The position numbers were made by a program, and so were the translations under genes. The notes beneath the pieces were generated by a model. It saw only the letters and a program-made list of their open reading frames with translations. It searched no databases and had not been told where the DNA came from. Shown in pieces: positions 1-10,385 of a stretch of DNA of 19,404 nt (positions within the stretch are counted from its first letter, which is position 1; the number at the start of each line of letters is the position of its first letter). The stretch covers positions 1-19,404 of the forward strand of contig CAZAPD010000039.1 in the NCBI GenBank assembly GCA_964487115.1, read 5' to 3'. The DNA comes from an uncultured Thermococci archaeon (GTDB taxonomy: Archaea; Methanobacteriota_B; Thermococci; Thermococcales; Thermococcaceae).

Positions 1-2
1 TT

Positions 3-1131
<1,129 letters not shown>

Positions 1132-1158
1132 CCTCTCATTGTTGCTCATAGACTCCAC

Positions 1159-2601
1159 TCATTTCTTCATGAAGTCAAAAAGCGTTGCCTGCTTACCTTT
1201 TTTCTTTGGTTTATCTATTTTTTCCGGTTCTGTCTCCTTGACAACTTCCATCTCCTTTTCCGCTTCTTCAAGCTCCTCCTCACTTATTTCTTCTTTTTCC
1301 TCGGCTTCATTCTCTGCCTCAACGGCAACTCTTACGCGCTCCTCCAGCTCTCCATGCTCCTTCAGCTTCCTGTGAATGCTCAGCATTTTACCCTTTATTT
1401 TTGCGGCTTTCTCCTTATCTCCAGTCAAAAACTCGATTTCCTTATCACCAAGATCAAGGAAAACCGCTATATGTGCAGCCACCTCAAGGTTGTTTTCAAA
1501 GATTGATTTGAATATTCTCATAGTTTCAATTGCCTCAAGCTTTGCCATGTGCATCTCTCTCATTATCTTCTTGATAAGTGAGTCTCTCAGGGAACGCTCT
1601 TCCTTACTTTCGGTTAGGAGTTTAATCGTCTTTGGCGGATAAAAACGAAGAAACCCCTTCTTCTTTATACCGGCCACTGCAACTCCTGCACTCATCATAT
1701 CAGTCGCATACTTCCACAGGCCATAATTTCCAGTTCTTTGAGCCCTTGCAAGATATATATCCGCTCTGCTCAAGGCTTCATAGGCTCTGGCTATATCCTC
1801 AGGCTTGGGATACACGTAGGGGATATTCTCGTCTATCCACAGGAGAAGTTCGTTGGGCATCATATCAAGATTCCAGCTTGCCATCCTGGCCCTTTTGACA
1901 TTATCCGTGGCGAATATCGTTCCGAGGACTTGGAAAACTGATTTTTCAACATCTCTGTATGCTAAAACCTCCGTAGCATCTTCAACCCCACCGCTCACAA
2001 CGGTTTGCAGATCATTTATAGCTGCCCTCAGATCACCGCTGGCTCTCTTCGCTATCTCGCTTATAATCTCCTTGGGAACGAATATCCCCTCAATCTTTAG
2101 AATTCTATAGAGGGCAGTTTTGATATCGCGTTGTGTCAGGCGCTTGTATTCGACAATCTCGGCTTTATTTCTTATCTCTCTTGGTACCTTCCAGTAATAG
2201 TTGGCCGTCATTATCACTGGATTTGGGGCATTCTCAATTAGTTTTGCAATTTCTCTCGCACCGCTCAGCTCCATGTTATCGGCTTCATCCAAAAAGATCA
2301 GCTTTCTTCTCCTTCCGAAAACATCGAGAGTGTAAGCTGCACCAATGTAACGCTTTATCTTCTCCACAGTCCTTTCATCGGAAGCGTTAAGTTCTATGAC
2401 CTCAAAACCGTAGTCATTGGCAAGAGCATAGACTGTTGAAGTTTTTCCCGAACCCGGAGGCCCAGCGAGCAGCAGAGCTTTCTTCTTGGGACTTCCACTT
2501 ATCCATGCCCTGATCCAGTCATTAACCTTCTGAACAGCATTTTTCTGGTTGATTATATCCTTCATGTGCCTCGGACGGTATTTCTCGACCCACGGAAGCA
2601 T
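1159..2601 (-). CDS. rfcL: Replication factor C large subunit
   Basis: PWVEKYRP, Walker [17 protein letters not shown], Walker B IFLDEAD, C-terminal PIP box QATLFDF. Start is ATG 2601 or GTG 2610, which overlaps the rfcS stop. Confidence 0.96.
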   Translation of the reverse strand: MLPWVEKYRPRHMKDIINQKNAVQKVNDWIRAWISGSPKKKALLLAGPPGSGKTSTVYALANDYGFEVIELNASDERTVEKIKRYIGAAYTLDVFGRRRKLIFLDEADNMELSGAREIAKLIENAPNPVIMTANYYWKVPREIRNKAEIVEYKRLTQRDIKTALYRILKIEGIFVPKEIISEIAKRASGDLRAAINDLQTVVSGGVEDATEVLAYRDVEKSVFQVLGTIFATDNVKRARMASWNLDMMPNELLLWIDENIPYVYPKPEDIARAYEALSRADIYLARAQRTGNYGLWKYATDMMSAGVAVAGIKKKGFLRFYPPKTIKLLTESKEERSLRDSLIKKIMREMHMAKLEAIETMRIFKSIFENNLEVAAHIAVFLDLGDKEIEFLTGDKEKAAKIKGKMLSIHRKLKEHGELEERVRVAVEAENEAEEKEEISEEELEEAEKEMEVVKETEPEKIDKPKKKGKQATLFDFMKK

Positions 2602-2606
2602 AGTAA

Positions 2607-3587
2607 TCACTTACCCATTATTGTAAACTGAGCTAGTAAGGCCTCAAGCTGAATCATCTCATTTGCCCCTTCAACGAGCCGGAAATTATACTCCCCTATC
2701 TTATCCGCCAGAGCTACTTTTTTGGGTTCGGCTATCGGAAGGTTGAAAACTTCCTTATGCATCTGAATAATAACATCCTCACCGCTGAGGCCCTGTTTTA
2801 GGAGAATCTCCCTGAGCCTGTCCCTGGCTTTGAGGAAGTTGCCCTCCAGAGCAAAGAGCATCATCTGCCTTACATCCTCTGGTCTCGCTCTGCTTGCCAC
2901 AGTAAAGACGTTTTCATCAGTTATCTTAGTGTCGAGAGCGGCGGCGGCCTGAAGGACATTTATAGCCCTCCTCAGGTCACCCTCTGAGACATAAAGGAGA
3001 GCGTGAAGACCTTCTTCTGTCAGCTCAAGCCCCTCCTGCTCAGCAATTTGACGAAGCCTCATGGCAACGTCTTCATCCCTAAGCGGTCTGAAGCGGAAAA
3101 TTGCACATCTCGACTGTATGGGCTCAATAATCTTACTGCTGTAGTTACAGCTCAGAATAAATCTAACATTGTTCGAAAACATCTCCATTGTCCTTCTCAG
3201 CGCCTGCTGGGCGTCCTGGGTTAGAGCATCCGCCTCGTCAAGGAAGATTATCTTGAAGCTCGCACCTCCTATTGGCTTCGTTCGTGCAAACTCTTTCACT
3301 TTCTCGCGGATGACGTTTATGCCACGCTCATCACTCGCGTTAAGCTCCAAAAAGTTGTGCCTCCAGCCTTCGCCGAAAAGTTCTCTCGCGAGGGCCAGAG
3401 CGGCAGTTGTCTTCCCAACACCCGGAGGGCCTGCAAATAAGAGATGCGGCATGGAACCGGTTTTAGCATAGTGCTTGAGTCTCTTAACTATATGATCCTG
3501 ACCGACCATATCATCAAGCCTCAGGGGCCTGTACTTCTCAACCCAGGGCTTTTCGAGAATTTTAACTTCCTTAACTTCTTCAGCCAT
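2607..3587 (-). CDS. rfcS: Replication factor C small subunit (326 aa, no intein)
   Basis: [38 protein letters not shown] motif (PIQSRC). RBS AGGTGA at 3598-3593 supports ATG 3587 rather than the ORF-track start. Confidence 0.97.
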   Translation of the reverse strand: MAEEVKEVKILEKPWVEKYRPLRLDDMVGQDHIVKRLKHYAKTGSMPHLLFAGPPGVGKTTAALALARELFGEGWRHNFLELNASDERGINVIREKVKEFARTKPIGGASFKIIFLDEADALTQDAQQALRRTMEMFSNNVRFILSCNYSSKIIEPIQSRCAIFRFRPLRDEDVAMRLRQIAEQEGLELTEEGLHALLYVSEGDLRRAINVLQAAAALDTKITDENVFTVASRARPEDVRQMMLFALEGNFLKARDRLREILLKQGLSGEDVIIQMHKEVFNLPIAEPKKVALADKIGEYNFRLVEGANEMIQLEALLAQFTIMGK

Positions 3588-3624
3588 GGCCATCACCTTT
3601 AAACCTAAAGGGTATTTTGTTCGA

Positions 3625-3672
3625 GGTATTAAAGCCTTTGCCATGAAACCGAAGGGTGAAAAACTTTTATAG
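3625..3672. promoter_or_regulatory. Divergent BRE/TATA promoters for rfcS (minus) and kbl (plus)
   Basis: Minus strand AAAGGC-TTTAATA (3639-3627) and plus strand GAAAAAC-TTTTATA (3658-3671), each about 30-40 nt from its start codon. Confidence 0.6.
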
Positions 3673-3702
3673 TTCCATGAGCATCTTATCGTGGTGGTTC
3701 TC

Positions 3703-4890
3703 ATGGGAAAGCTGGACTGGATTACCGAAGAATTAAAAGAACTTAAAGAGAAGGGCCTTTATGTTACCATAAGAAAACTTGAGAGTTCTCAGGGCCCGTG
3801 GGTAGTTGTTGACGGGAAGCGCGTTCTCAACATGTGTTCAAACAATTATCTGGGCTTAGCTGCCCATCCCAAAATAAAGGAAGCTGCCATAAGGGCTATT
3901 CTTGACTATGGTGTTGGTGCCGGAGCGGTTAGAACCATAGCCGGCACCATGGAGCTCCACATTGAATTGGAGGAGAAATTAGCCAAGTTCAAGAAGAGGG
4001 AAGCGGCGATACTCTTCCAGAGCGGCTACAACGCCAACCTCGGTGCTTTGAGCGCGTTACTCACTAAGAAAGACAATGGTGTATTCATAAGTGAGGAACT
4101 CAATCACGCGAGCATCATAGACGGAATGCGCCTCAGCGGGGCACCAAAGGTTATCTATAAACATCTCAATATGGAGGATCTCAAGAAGCGCCTTGAGGAG
4201 AACAAGGACAAGGAGAAGAAAATAATCGTCAGTGACGGTGTGTTTAGTATGGACGGTGACCTCGCCCCGCTCCCCGAGATGGCTGAGTTGGCGGAGCAAT
4301 ATGATGCCATGCTCTACATAGACGACGCTCACGGTGAAGGAGTTTTAGGGGACAGTGGAAGAGGTATAGTCGACCACTTCAAGCTCCACGAAAAAGTTGA
4401 TTTCGAGATGGGTACGCTGAGCAAGGCCTTTGGTGTCATTGGCGGTTATGTAGCAGGTCCAGAGGAGGCCATTGATTACCTTAGACAGCGGGGAAGGCCG
4501 TTCCTATTCTCAAGCGCACCCAATCCACCTGATGTGGCAGCGGCCATAGCAGCGGTGGAAATACTCCAGCACAGCGACGAGCTCGTGAAGAAGCTCTGGG
4601 ATAACACGCACTTCCTCCAGAATGGACTCCGCGAGTTAGGTTACGACCTCGGAAACACGAAGCACCCGATTACTCCTGTCATGCTCTATGACGAAAAGCT
4701 CGCTCAGGAGTTCTCAAGAAGGCTTTACGACGAGTACAACATCTTTGCACAAGCCATAGTCTATCCAACGGTCCCGCTTGGCACAGCCAGACTGAGACTC
4801 GAGCCTTCAGCCGCACACAGCAAGGAAGACCTGCAATATGTCATAGACGCCTTTGAAGATTTGGGGAACAAGACAGGCTTTTTAAAGTGA
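3703..4890 (+). CDS. kbl: Glycine C-acetyltransferase (2-amino-3-ketobutyrate CoA ligase), class II PLP enzyme
   Basis: [36 protein letters not shown] and PLP lysine in [16 protein letters not shown] before ATG 3703. Confidence 0.9.
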   Translation: MGKLDWITEELKELKEKGLYVTIRKLESSQGPWVVVDGKRVLNMCSNNYLGLAAHPKIKEAAIRAILDYGVGAGAVRTIAGTMELHIELEEKLAKFKKREAAILFQSGYNANLGALSALLTKKDNGVFISEELNHASIIDGMRLSGAPKVIYKHLNMEDLKKRLEENKDKEKKIIVSDGVFSMDGDLAPLPEMAELAEQYDAMLYIDDAHGEGVLGDSGRGIVDHFKLHEKVDFEMGTLSKAFGVIGGYVAGPEEAIDYLRQRGRPFLFSSAPNPPDVAAAIAAVEILQHSDELVKKLWDNTHFLQNGLRELGYDLGNTKHPITPVMLYDEKLAQEFSRRLYDEYNIFAQAIVYPTVPLGTARLRLEPSAAHSKEDLQYVIDAFEDLGNKTGFLK

Positions 4891-4895
4891 GTTAG

Positions 4896-4911
4896 TTTTT
4901 CAAACCTTTTT
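4896..4911 (+). terminator. Putative oligo-T terminator of kbl
   Basis: Two T5 tracts (4896-4900, 4907-4911) directly after the stop codon. Confidence 0.4.
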
Positions 4912-4975
4912 CTAATTTATATTCAAATATTCAAATCAAAAATGTTTTTTATGAATGAAGGTGTAACTTGGTAAT

Positions 4976-5767
4976 ATGTGGGAAGTAGTAGTTGTGAGTT
5001 TAGCATTTGTTGTTATTTCAGCTTTCGTTGTGATAGGAATACGTCTAAGGGCAAAATTTCTGCTTCAATATCCCACTCTCAAAAGATTTTACGATTCCAT
5101 GCTTCTCGGATTTGGAACATTAGCCCTTGCAAAGGGAATCTTTACAATAACCCTTCTTTTTAAAGGCTTTTTAAAAAGCAGTTATAATCTCCTCGTCCAA
5201 ATTGGTATGATAACTTCGGTTACAGGAGGAATTATCCTTCTTTTCGGATGGATGCTTCTCTTGAAAGGTATAACATCAAAATATAAGTTCAAGCCAATTA
5301 TAAAAAGTGAAAGGGAAGATACCCTTAAATTATCGAGTGGTCTATATATATGTCCGGATGAATGCTTCAACTTATTTTCACGGCTATTAGTGGGAAGAGT
5401 CGGAATAGTTATTTCGCGAACTCCTCCTAATACCCTGAAGGAACTGCTCAATCTCAGCGAAGAACACATCTTCTGGTTAACTAAGATTAATGGAAAGAAC
5501 ACAATTCATCCCCACAGACTTGAATATCTCCTCCAAAGTCTTGTAGATTTTATGCGCTCTACTGATCTACCGAAGGTTATACTTATCGAAGGAGTGGAAT
5601 ACCTAACCATAGAAAATGAATTCCCATCTGTCTTTAAATTTTTAACTTCATTAAAGGATTATGCTCAGATTCACAACACAATAATCCTCGTTCCAGTTGA
5701 TACAGAATTTTTCTCAGAAAAAGAACTCTCGATGTTAAAGAGAGAATTTCCTATACCCACCGAGTAG
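4976..5767 (+). CDS. DUF835-type membrane protein (about 3 N-terminal TM helices, degenerate KaiC/RecA-like C-terminal domain)
   Basis: Hydrophobic N-terminal segments. C-terminal FWLTK...IHPHRLEYL...VILIEGVEYL.IENEF.SVFKFL.SLKDY pattern typical of Thermococcales DUF835. Confidence 0.8.
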   Translation: MWEVVVVSLAFVVISAFVVIGIRLRAKFLLQYPTLKRFYDSMLLGFGTLALAKGIFTITLLFKGFLKSSYNLLVQIGMITSVTGGIILLFGWMLLLKGITSKYKFKPIIKSEREDTLKLSSGLYICPDECFNLFSRLLVGRVGIVISRTPPNTLKELLNLSEEHIFWLTKINGKNTIHPHRLEYLLQSLVDFMRSTDLPKVILIEGVEYLTIENEFPSVFKFLTSLKDYAQIHNTIILVPVDTEFFSEKELSMLKREFPIPTE

Positions 5768-5776
5768 GAATTTAGT

Positions 5777-6292
5777 TCAAAATTTAATTCTCTGGATAGA
5801 ATAATAGACAACATCATTATCCTCATCAACTACAGCAAGCACCATAGTTTTCCTTACCCCATGAGCAACTCGAACACGAGCAGTTAGATCATTGGGAAAC
5901 ATTTTTTGGTTTTCTGATACAACCCATATAAGCCATTGGGCATGTTCATCCATACCTTTCCTATAAACCCTAAAATGGGAACCAAACTTAAGGGCTGTTT
6001 TTACAATATAACCCCTGTCTCTGAGATCTCTATAAACAAGGAACTTTAAATCAAATTGTTCATCTTTTTTTCTGCCAAGATTGAAGATATCTCTCAAAGA
6101 GAGGTCCCTATCATTGTCAAACACTCTTATCTTCCCCTTCTCCAAGAGGTAGGCCGCTTCAATGAGCGAGAGGAAGAGCTTCCCGTTCACGACCTCACCA
6201 AAGTAGCGTTTGTTATAAAACTGGTTTATTGCCTTCTTTGTTTCGCTGAAAACTCTATCTCCACTCAGATAGAACATCACCGCTTCCTTCAT
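5777..6292 (-). CDS. endA: tRNA-splicing endonuclease (short, alpha4 type)
   Basis: LSLIEAAYL, VYRDLRDRGY, LKFGSHFRVY (catalytic Tyr), DEH (His), AHGVRK (Lys). ATG 6292 overlaps the rimI TGA. Confidence 0.95.
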   Translation of the reverse strand: MKEAVMFYLSGDRVFSETKKAINQFYNKRYFGEVVNGKLFLSLIEAAYLLEKGKIRVFDNDRDLSLRDIFNLGRKKDEQFDLKFLVYRDLRDRGYIVKTALKFGSHFRVYRKGMDEHAQWLIWVVSENQKMFPNDLTARVRVAHGVRKTMVLAVVDEDNDVVYYSIQRIKF

Positions 6293-6798
6293 GAAATCCC
6301 TCCCCATTCCCTGGCCGGTACCATCATGTAATACGCATCCTCACCGTCGGCGTAATAGCCTATTATCCTCTTTACTTTTCTGAAGCCAAGCTTTTCATAG
6401 AGCTTTATCGCTTTCTCATTGCTTACTCTAACTTCAAGCCCTATATACTGGGCTCCCTTCTTGACAAGCCTTTCCATAACCTCCAACATCAGAGCCTTGC
6501 CTATACCGTTTCCCCTGTATTCGGGGTCAACGGCTATGCTCATTATGTGTCCCTCAAGGTCAGGCCTTAGATACGCCATTACATACCCTATGACCCTGCC
6601 GTTGTATTCTGCAACAAGAAATGTGTCAGGATTGTTTTCAAGAAACATCATAAAAATGCCCCGTGGATATTTTTCCTTAAAGGATTTAACCTCTATCCTA
6701 CTTATCTCAGGAAGGTCAAAGAGCTTGGCTGGTCTGATTACAACCATAGCCAGAGGAATCCTTTTATGAGCTGTGAGTTCCTTGGAGGATACACTCAT
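6289..6798 (-). CDS. rimI: RimI/Ard1-like N-terminal acetyltransferase (GNAT)
   Basis: GHIMSIAVDPEYRGNGIG acetyl-CoA motif, LEVRVSNEKAIKLYEKLGF, YYADGEDA. Confidence 0.9.
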   Translation of the reverse strand: MSVSSKELTAHKRIPLAMVVIRPAKLFDLPEISRIEVKSFKEKYPRGIFMMFLENNPDTFLVAEYNGRVIGYVMAYLRPDLEGHIMSIAVDPEYRGNGIGKALMLEVMERLVKKGAQYIGLEVRVSNEKAIKLYEKLGFRKVKRIIGYYADGEDAYYMMVPAREWGGIS

Positions 6799-6814
6799 AT
6801 TAGCTACTTCTCAT

Positions 6815-6830
6815 GAAAGTTTTTAAGGTT
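6815..6830. promoter_or_regulatory. Overlapping bidirectional BRE/TATA for the C/D sRNA (+) and a probably leaderless rimI-endA transcript (-)
   Basis: Plus strand GAAAG-TTTTTAAG about 24 nt before box C. Minus strand AACC-TTAAAAAC about 21-28 nt before ATG 6798, which has no obvious RBS. Confidence 0.55.
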
Positions 6831-6849
6831 TAAGCAGTCTCCAGATAGT

Positions 6850-6908
6850 GAGTGATGAGCACTCTCGAATCTGACTCAGGGATGATGATCGGATTCCTGG
6901 CTGATTCT
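6850..6908 (+). ncRNA. Box C/D 2'-O-methylation guide sRNA
   Basis: Box C GTGATGA 6852-6858, 12-nt guide, D' CTGA 6871-6874, C' ATGATGA 6882-6888, 12-nt guide, D CTGA 6901-6904. Canonical archaeal spacing with an upstream TATA box. Confidence 0.93.
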
Positions 6909-7187
6909 CCCTTCTTATATCCAATGCTGACCTCTTCCCTTTGGGGGGTTCGGATTAACTCCTCGCCAACGACGGTCAAGGTAAGAGGGTTCCTCGAACC
7001 CCTCAGGGAGAGCCTTCCCCCATTCCCACTACCCCCCACAAGAGCAGGAAGGCCCGGGATTATTGTTTTTGATGACCACTCTTAGACTTCCAACCGCTTA
7101 AAGGCGGTCTTTGAAGAACGCCTACCGGAGTCATCCCTGCAGGGACAGGGACACAGCGAAACTACTCCTCTAATCAGGTTGCCTCAG
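6907..7187 (-). ncRNA. Putative TnpB omegaRNA/reRNA-like structured RNA with 3' guide
   Basis: TATA at 7216-7207; paired segments 7135-7129/7077-7071, 7053-7047/7018-7012 and 7002-6995/6952-6945; scaffold ends at right-end TCAG (6927). Transcript ends are estimated. Confidence 0.55.
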
Positions 7188-7298
7188 AGTGCCACTTTCA
7201 GACCCTTATTAAAAAATTTTAATGGTTTCGCTCCTCACGAGCTGGTTTTAGAATTCCTACATCCCCGCCTTAAAAAGCAAGGCTTTCAAAAGAAAAAG
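6927..7298 (-). mobile_element. Non-autonomous IS200/IS605-family element (MITE/PATE-like), no tnpA or intact tnpB
   Basis: Minus-strand left end TTAT|CTTTTTCTTTTG-AAAG-CCTTGCTT-TTTA-AGGCGGGG-A (7302-7262) and right end GAAC-CCCCCAAAGGGAAGAGG-TCAG (6951-6927). Architecture parallels IS608 (TTAC...AAAG-hairpin; GAAT-hairpin...TCAA). Contains a tnpB C-terminal-like remnant. Confidence 0.75.
7207..7222 (-). promoter_or_regulatory. Internal TATA box of the element
   Basis: Minus strand TTAAAA-TTTTTTAATA immediately upstream of the GC-rich structured region. Confidence 0.5.
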
Positions 7299-7312
7299 AT
7301 AAAACTTAAATC
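7298..7312 (+). promoter_or_regulatory. BRE/TATA of the herA-mre11-rad50-nurA operon
   Basis: GATAAAA-CTTAAAT about 20-35 nt before ATG 7330/7345. Confidence 0.5.
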
Positions 7313-7344
7313 CTTCCCGAAATAGAGTTATGGAAGGTGAGAAC

Positions 7345-9090
7345 ATGCAGAATATAATAGTGAAAGATAAACGGGTGGGTATAGTCAGGGGAGAGGCTAC
7401 TGTTTCAACATATCAGTTTTCAGCTCATCCAGATTCAAAGCTAAAATTTGGTGAATTTGTCGCTGCTAAAAACCGCGAAGGAGAGTGGGTTATAGGAAAT
7501 ATAAGAAGGCTGGAAAATATAAACTGGCTCCTCAGTGAGGGAAAAAGCACTTACTATTCTCTGGAGCTTGATTTAAATGAATACGGAGAGAGCATAGAGG
7601 CGAATGAAGCCCTAATAGCCACCGTCCGAGTTCTGGGGAGGATAGTGAAAAATGGAAGCAGAATTGAAGTTGCTCCTAACAGGGTTCCAATACCCAATGG
7701 GAGAGAGGTTTACAGGGTAAATAATGAGCTGCTCAAGGCAATATACAACGGAGGACCGGGCTACATTGAAATAGGAACCCTTCTGCTGAGAGATGAGGTT
7801 CCCATATACCTCAACGTCGATGAGCTTGTATCAAGACACTTTGCTGTTTTAGCCGTTACCGGAGCGGGCAAATCAAATGCTGTTGCAGTAATGCTCGGAG
7901 GAATCGTTGAAAGGCTTAGAGGAACTGTTATTGTTCTCGATCCTCATGGGGATTATGTAAAGCTGAGCCTGCCGAATACCGGGAAAAAATACGTGAAAAT
8001 AATCGAAGCCAAAATTAAACCAGAGGAAATGGACGGAGAGGAGCTGGCAGACCTTATGGAGGTCCAGAAAAATGCGGCAATACAGAGAAACTTCCTTCTT
8101 AAGGCATGGGAAACAGTAAAACATGAAAATCCACAGCTTGGCGGCAGGGAGCTGATTGAAGAGCTCAGACTAAAGCTTGAGAAATGGGCAAGAGACAGAG
8201 AGGGAAGTTACTGGGATGAGTATCTTCAGGGATACAGAGAACTGGAAAAGATAGATTCAAACACCGTTGGTACGATAACACGCCTAACAATGCGCATTTC
8301 TCGTTTTCTCAGGAATTACGGGCATGTCTTAACCAGCGAAGATATAATCGCCCAGATAGAACCGGGCAAGGTAAACGTCATTGATTTAGGACCTTTGGAC
8401 GAAGGTCAAATGAAGGTTGTCGTCGGGAAGCTCATCCAGAAGGTCTTTGAAGCCAGAGTTGATTATGAAAAAGCCCGAAAAAAGATGGAAAGAATCAGAG
8501 GCGAGCTTAGGGAGGAGAGGGCTGTAAAGACCTCTGCGCTTGAGAAAGAGGTTAAAGATCTGGAAAAGACCATGAAAGATATCGAGGTTAAAAGCAGCGC
8601 TTTAGCAGAACCAATTCTTCTGATAGTCGAAGAGGCCCACATATTCGCCCCTCAAGGAGAAAAAAATGATGCTGTTAGAATTCTCGGCAGAATAGCGAGG
8701 GAGGGTAGAAAATTTGGTGTGGGACTTGGGGTCGTATCCCAGAGACCAAACAAACTCAACGAGGATATACTGAGCCAGACCAATACAAAGATAATCCTCA
8801 GAATCGTCAACCCCCGGGATCAGGAATACGTCCTCAAGGCGAGTGAACAGCTGAGTGAAGATCTGCTCAGGGATATAGCCTCCCTTGGAAAGGGAGAGGC
8901 TGTTATAGTTGGACAGGCAATCAGCCTGCCGGCGCTCGTAAAGATACACAACTTCAGGGCAATAGGCGGAGATTATGGAGGAGAGGACATAGGGGTCGTG
9001 AACAGATGGCTCAAAAGAGCTGAGATTGAAAGGAGAGAGATGGAGATACTGGAAGAATACAAGGAAGAGGGGATAGACTTTGACTATTAA
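7345..9090 (+). CDS. herA: Bipolar DNA helicase/translocase HerA
   Basis: N-terminal HAS barrel, [15 protein letters not shown]alker [16 protein letters not shown] Walker [24 protein letters not shown] before ATG 7345 (alternative start 7330). Confidence 0.95.
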   Translation: MQNIIVKDKRVGIVRGEATVSTYQFSAHPDSKLKFGEFVAAKNREGEWVIGNIRRLENINWLLSEGKSTYYSLELDLNEYGESIEANEALIATVRVLGRIVKNGSRIEVAPNRVPIPNGREVYRVNNELLKAIYNGGPGYIEIGTLLLRDEVPIYLNVDELVSRHFAVLAVTGAGKSNAVAVMLGGIVERLRGTVIVLDPHGDYVKLSLPNTGKKYVKIIEAKIKPEEMDGEELADLMEVQKNAAIQRNFLLKAWETVKHENPQLGGRELIEELRLKLEKWARDREGSYWDEYLQGYRELEKIDSNTVGTITRLTMRISRFLRNYGHVLTSEDIIAQIEPGKVNVIDLGPLDEGQMKVVVGKLIQKVFEARVDYEKARKKMERIRGELREERAVKTSALEKEVKDLEKTMKDIEVKSSALAEPILLIVEEAHIFAPQGEKNDAVRILGRIAREGRKFGVGLGVVSQRPNKLNEDILSQTNTKIILRIVNPRDQEYVLKASEQLSEDLLRDIASLGKGEAVIVGQAISLPALVKIHNFRAIGGDYGGEDIGVVNRWLKRAEIERREMEILEEYKEEGIDFDY

Positions 9091-10381
9091 ATTTGCCCAT
9101 CTGGCTGATGCCCATCTGGGTTATGAGCAGTACCGCCTTCCATACAGAGCCGAGGAGTTCAGACTGGCTTTTGAGGAGGCTATCAAAAAAGCAATTGGAG
9201 AGAGGGTGGACTTTATTCTCATAGCAGGAGACCTCTTTCACAGGAGCAATCCCTCACCCCAGACAATCAAGGAGGTAATTGACATCCTTGAGCTCCCAAG
9301 AAGGGAAAAAATTCCTGTCTTTGCCATAGAGGGAAACCACGACAGGACCCAAAAGAGGATTTCAGCCTATCATCTCCTCGAATCCCTCGGCTTAATTTAC
9401 CTCCTTGGCTTCAGCGAAGAGAAAAAAGAAAACAAGTTCCAGACAACAGAGAAAGTCAATGGCAGGCTCTTAGTTAAGGGCATATTTGAAAAGGGAGGGA
9501 AGTCCATCGAGATATATGGAATGAAATACATGAGCGCCGCATGGTTCGAAAGAAACAGACTGGCCGATTACTTCAGACCACAGGGCGATGCAATTTTAAT
9601 GCTCCATCAGGGCATAATGGAGATGATGGAAAAACTCCATCTGGAGACCCAGAGAGACTATTTTGAAATTAGCCTACGCGATCTTCCGGAGGGGTTTCTC
9701 TACTACGCCATGGGACATATACATAAACGCTGGGAAACCAACAGAGGCTCGGGTATCGTTGCCTATCCCGGTTCGCTCCAGAGATGGGATTTTGGAGATT
9801 ATGAGATAAGATACAGATGGGATGGACTTAAGTTCAAACGTATAGCAGGGGAGGACAAAGGTTTCTTTATCATTGAGGACTTTAAGCCAAGGTTCGTTAA
9901 GCTTAATGTAAGACCGTTCTATGATATCGTGATAAAAGGCGATGAGAAAACCGTTAGAGGGGAATTAAAAAAGCTCTCACCCAAGATCCCCCGTGGGGTC
10001 TTTTTGCGGATAAGCCTCGAATGGGAGCGTCCATTTGATGTGGCCTTTCTGCACGAGGTCTTCAATGTCAGATACCTCCACATAAGAACCAAGTTCGGGA
10101 GGAGAAAACTGGTGGGAGGCATGGGAAAGAGAGTGGAGGACTTCTTCACCCCTCTTGAGAGAAAGATAATAACCCTTGCTGGAGAAAAGGATTTTGATGA
10201 TTTCGAAGAGGTTATTAGGCTGATTCTTGAAAATGAAATGCCACAGGAATCCGAAGAATCAACTCACAAAGCCAAAACAGAAACCAGCGAGAAATTACAT
10301 AAAGAAGAAAAATTACAAGATGAAAAGAGAAAAGAAAAGCCAAAAAAGATGGATTTAACACTATGGCTTTCTAAGAGGTGA
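9080..10381 (+). CDS. mre11: DNA double-strand break repair nuclease Mre11
   Basis: Phosphoesterase motifs [37 protein letters not shown] start. Confidence 0.96.
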   Translation: MTIKFAHLADAHLGYEQYRLPYRAEEFRLAFEEAIKKAIGERVDFILIAGDLFHRSNPSPQTIKEVIDILELPRREKIPVFAIEGNHDRTQKRISAYHLLESLGLIYLLGFSEEKKENKFQTTEKVNGRLLVKGIFEKGGKSIEIYGMKYMSAAWFERNRLADYFRPQGDAILMLHQGIMEMMEKLHLETQRDYFEISLRDLPEGFLYYAMGHIHKRWETNRGSGIVAYPGSLQRWDFGDYEIRYRWDGLKFKRIAGEDKGFFIIEDFKPRFVKLNVRPFYDIVIKGDEKTVRGELKKLSPKIPRGVFLRISLEWERPFDVAFLHEVFNVRYLHIRTKFGRRKLVGGMGKRVEDFFTPLERKIITLAGEKDFDDFEEVIRLILENEMPQESEESTHKAKTETSEKLHKEEKLQDEKRKEKPKKMDLTLWLSKR

Positions 10382-10385
10382 GATT

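Noticed and set aside
3588..3704. 39-aa N-terminal extension of RfcS in the ORF track
   Set aside because: It runs through the divergent promoters, and the RBS supports ATG 3587.
6830..7085. ORFs 6830-7039 (-) and 6852-7085 (+) as protein-coding genes
   Set aside because: They overlap the C/D sRNA and the IS-derived RNA. The minus ORF is a frameshifted tnpB-tail-like remnant without catalytic domains.
6927..7190. SRP RNA, RNase P RNA, H/ACA RNA or riboswitch
   Set aside because: No SRP helix-8 or RNase P GAGGAAGUUC/CAGAA core, no K-turn plus correctly placed ACA, and no riboswitch consensus I recognise. IS605 end motifs explain it better, although the 6931-7012 stem also folds well on the plus strand.
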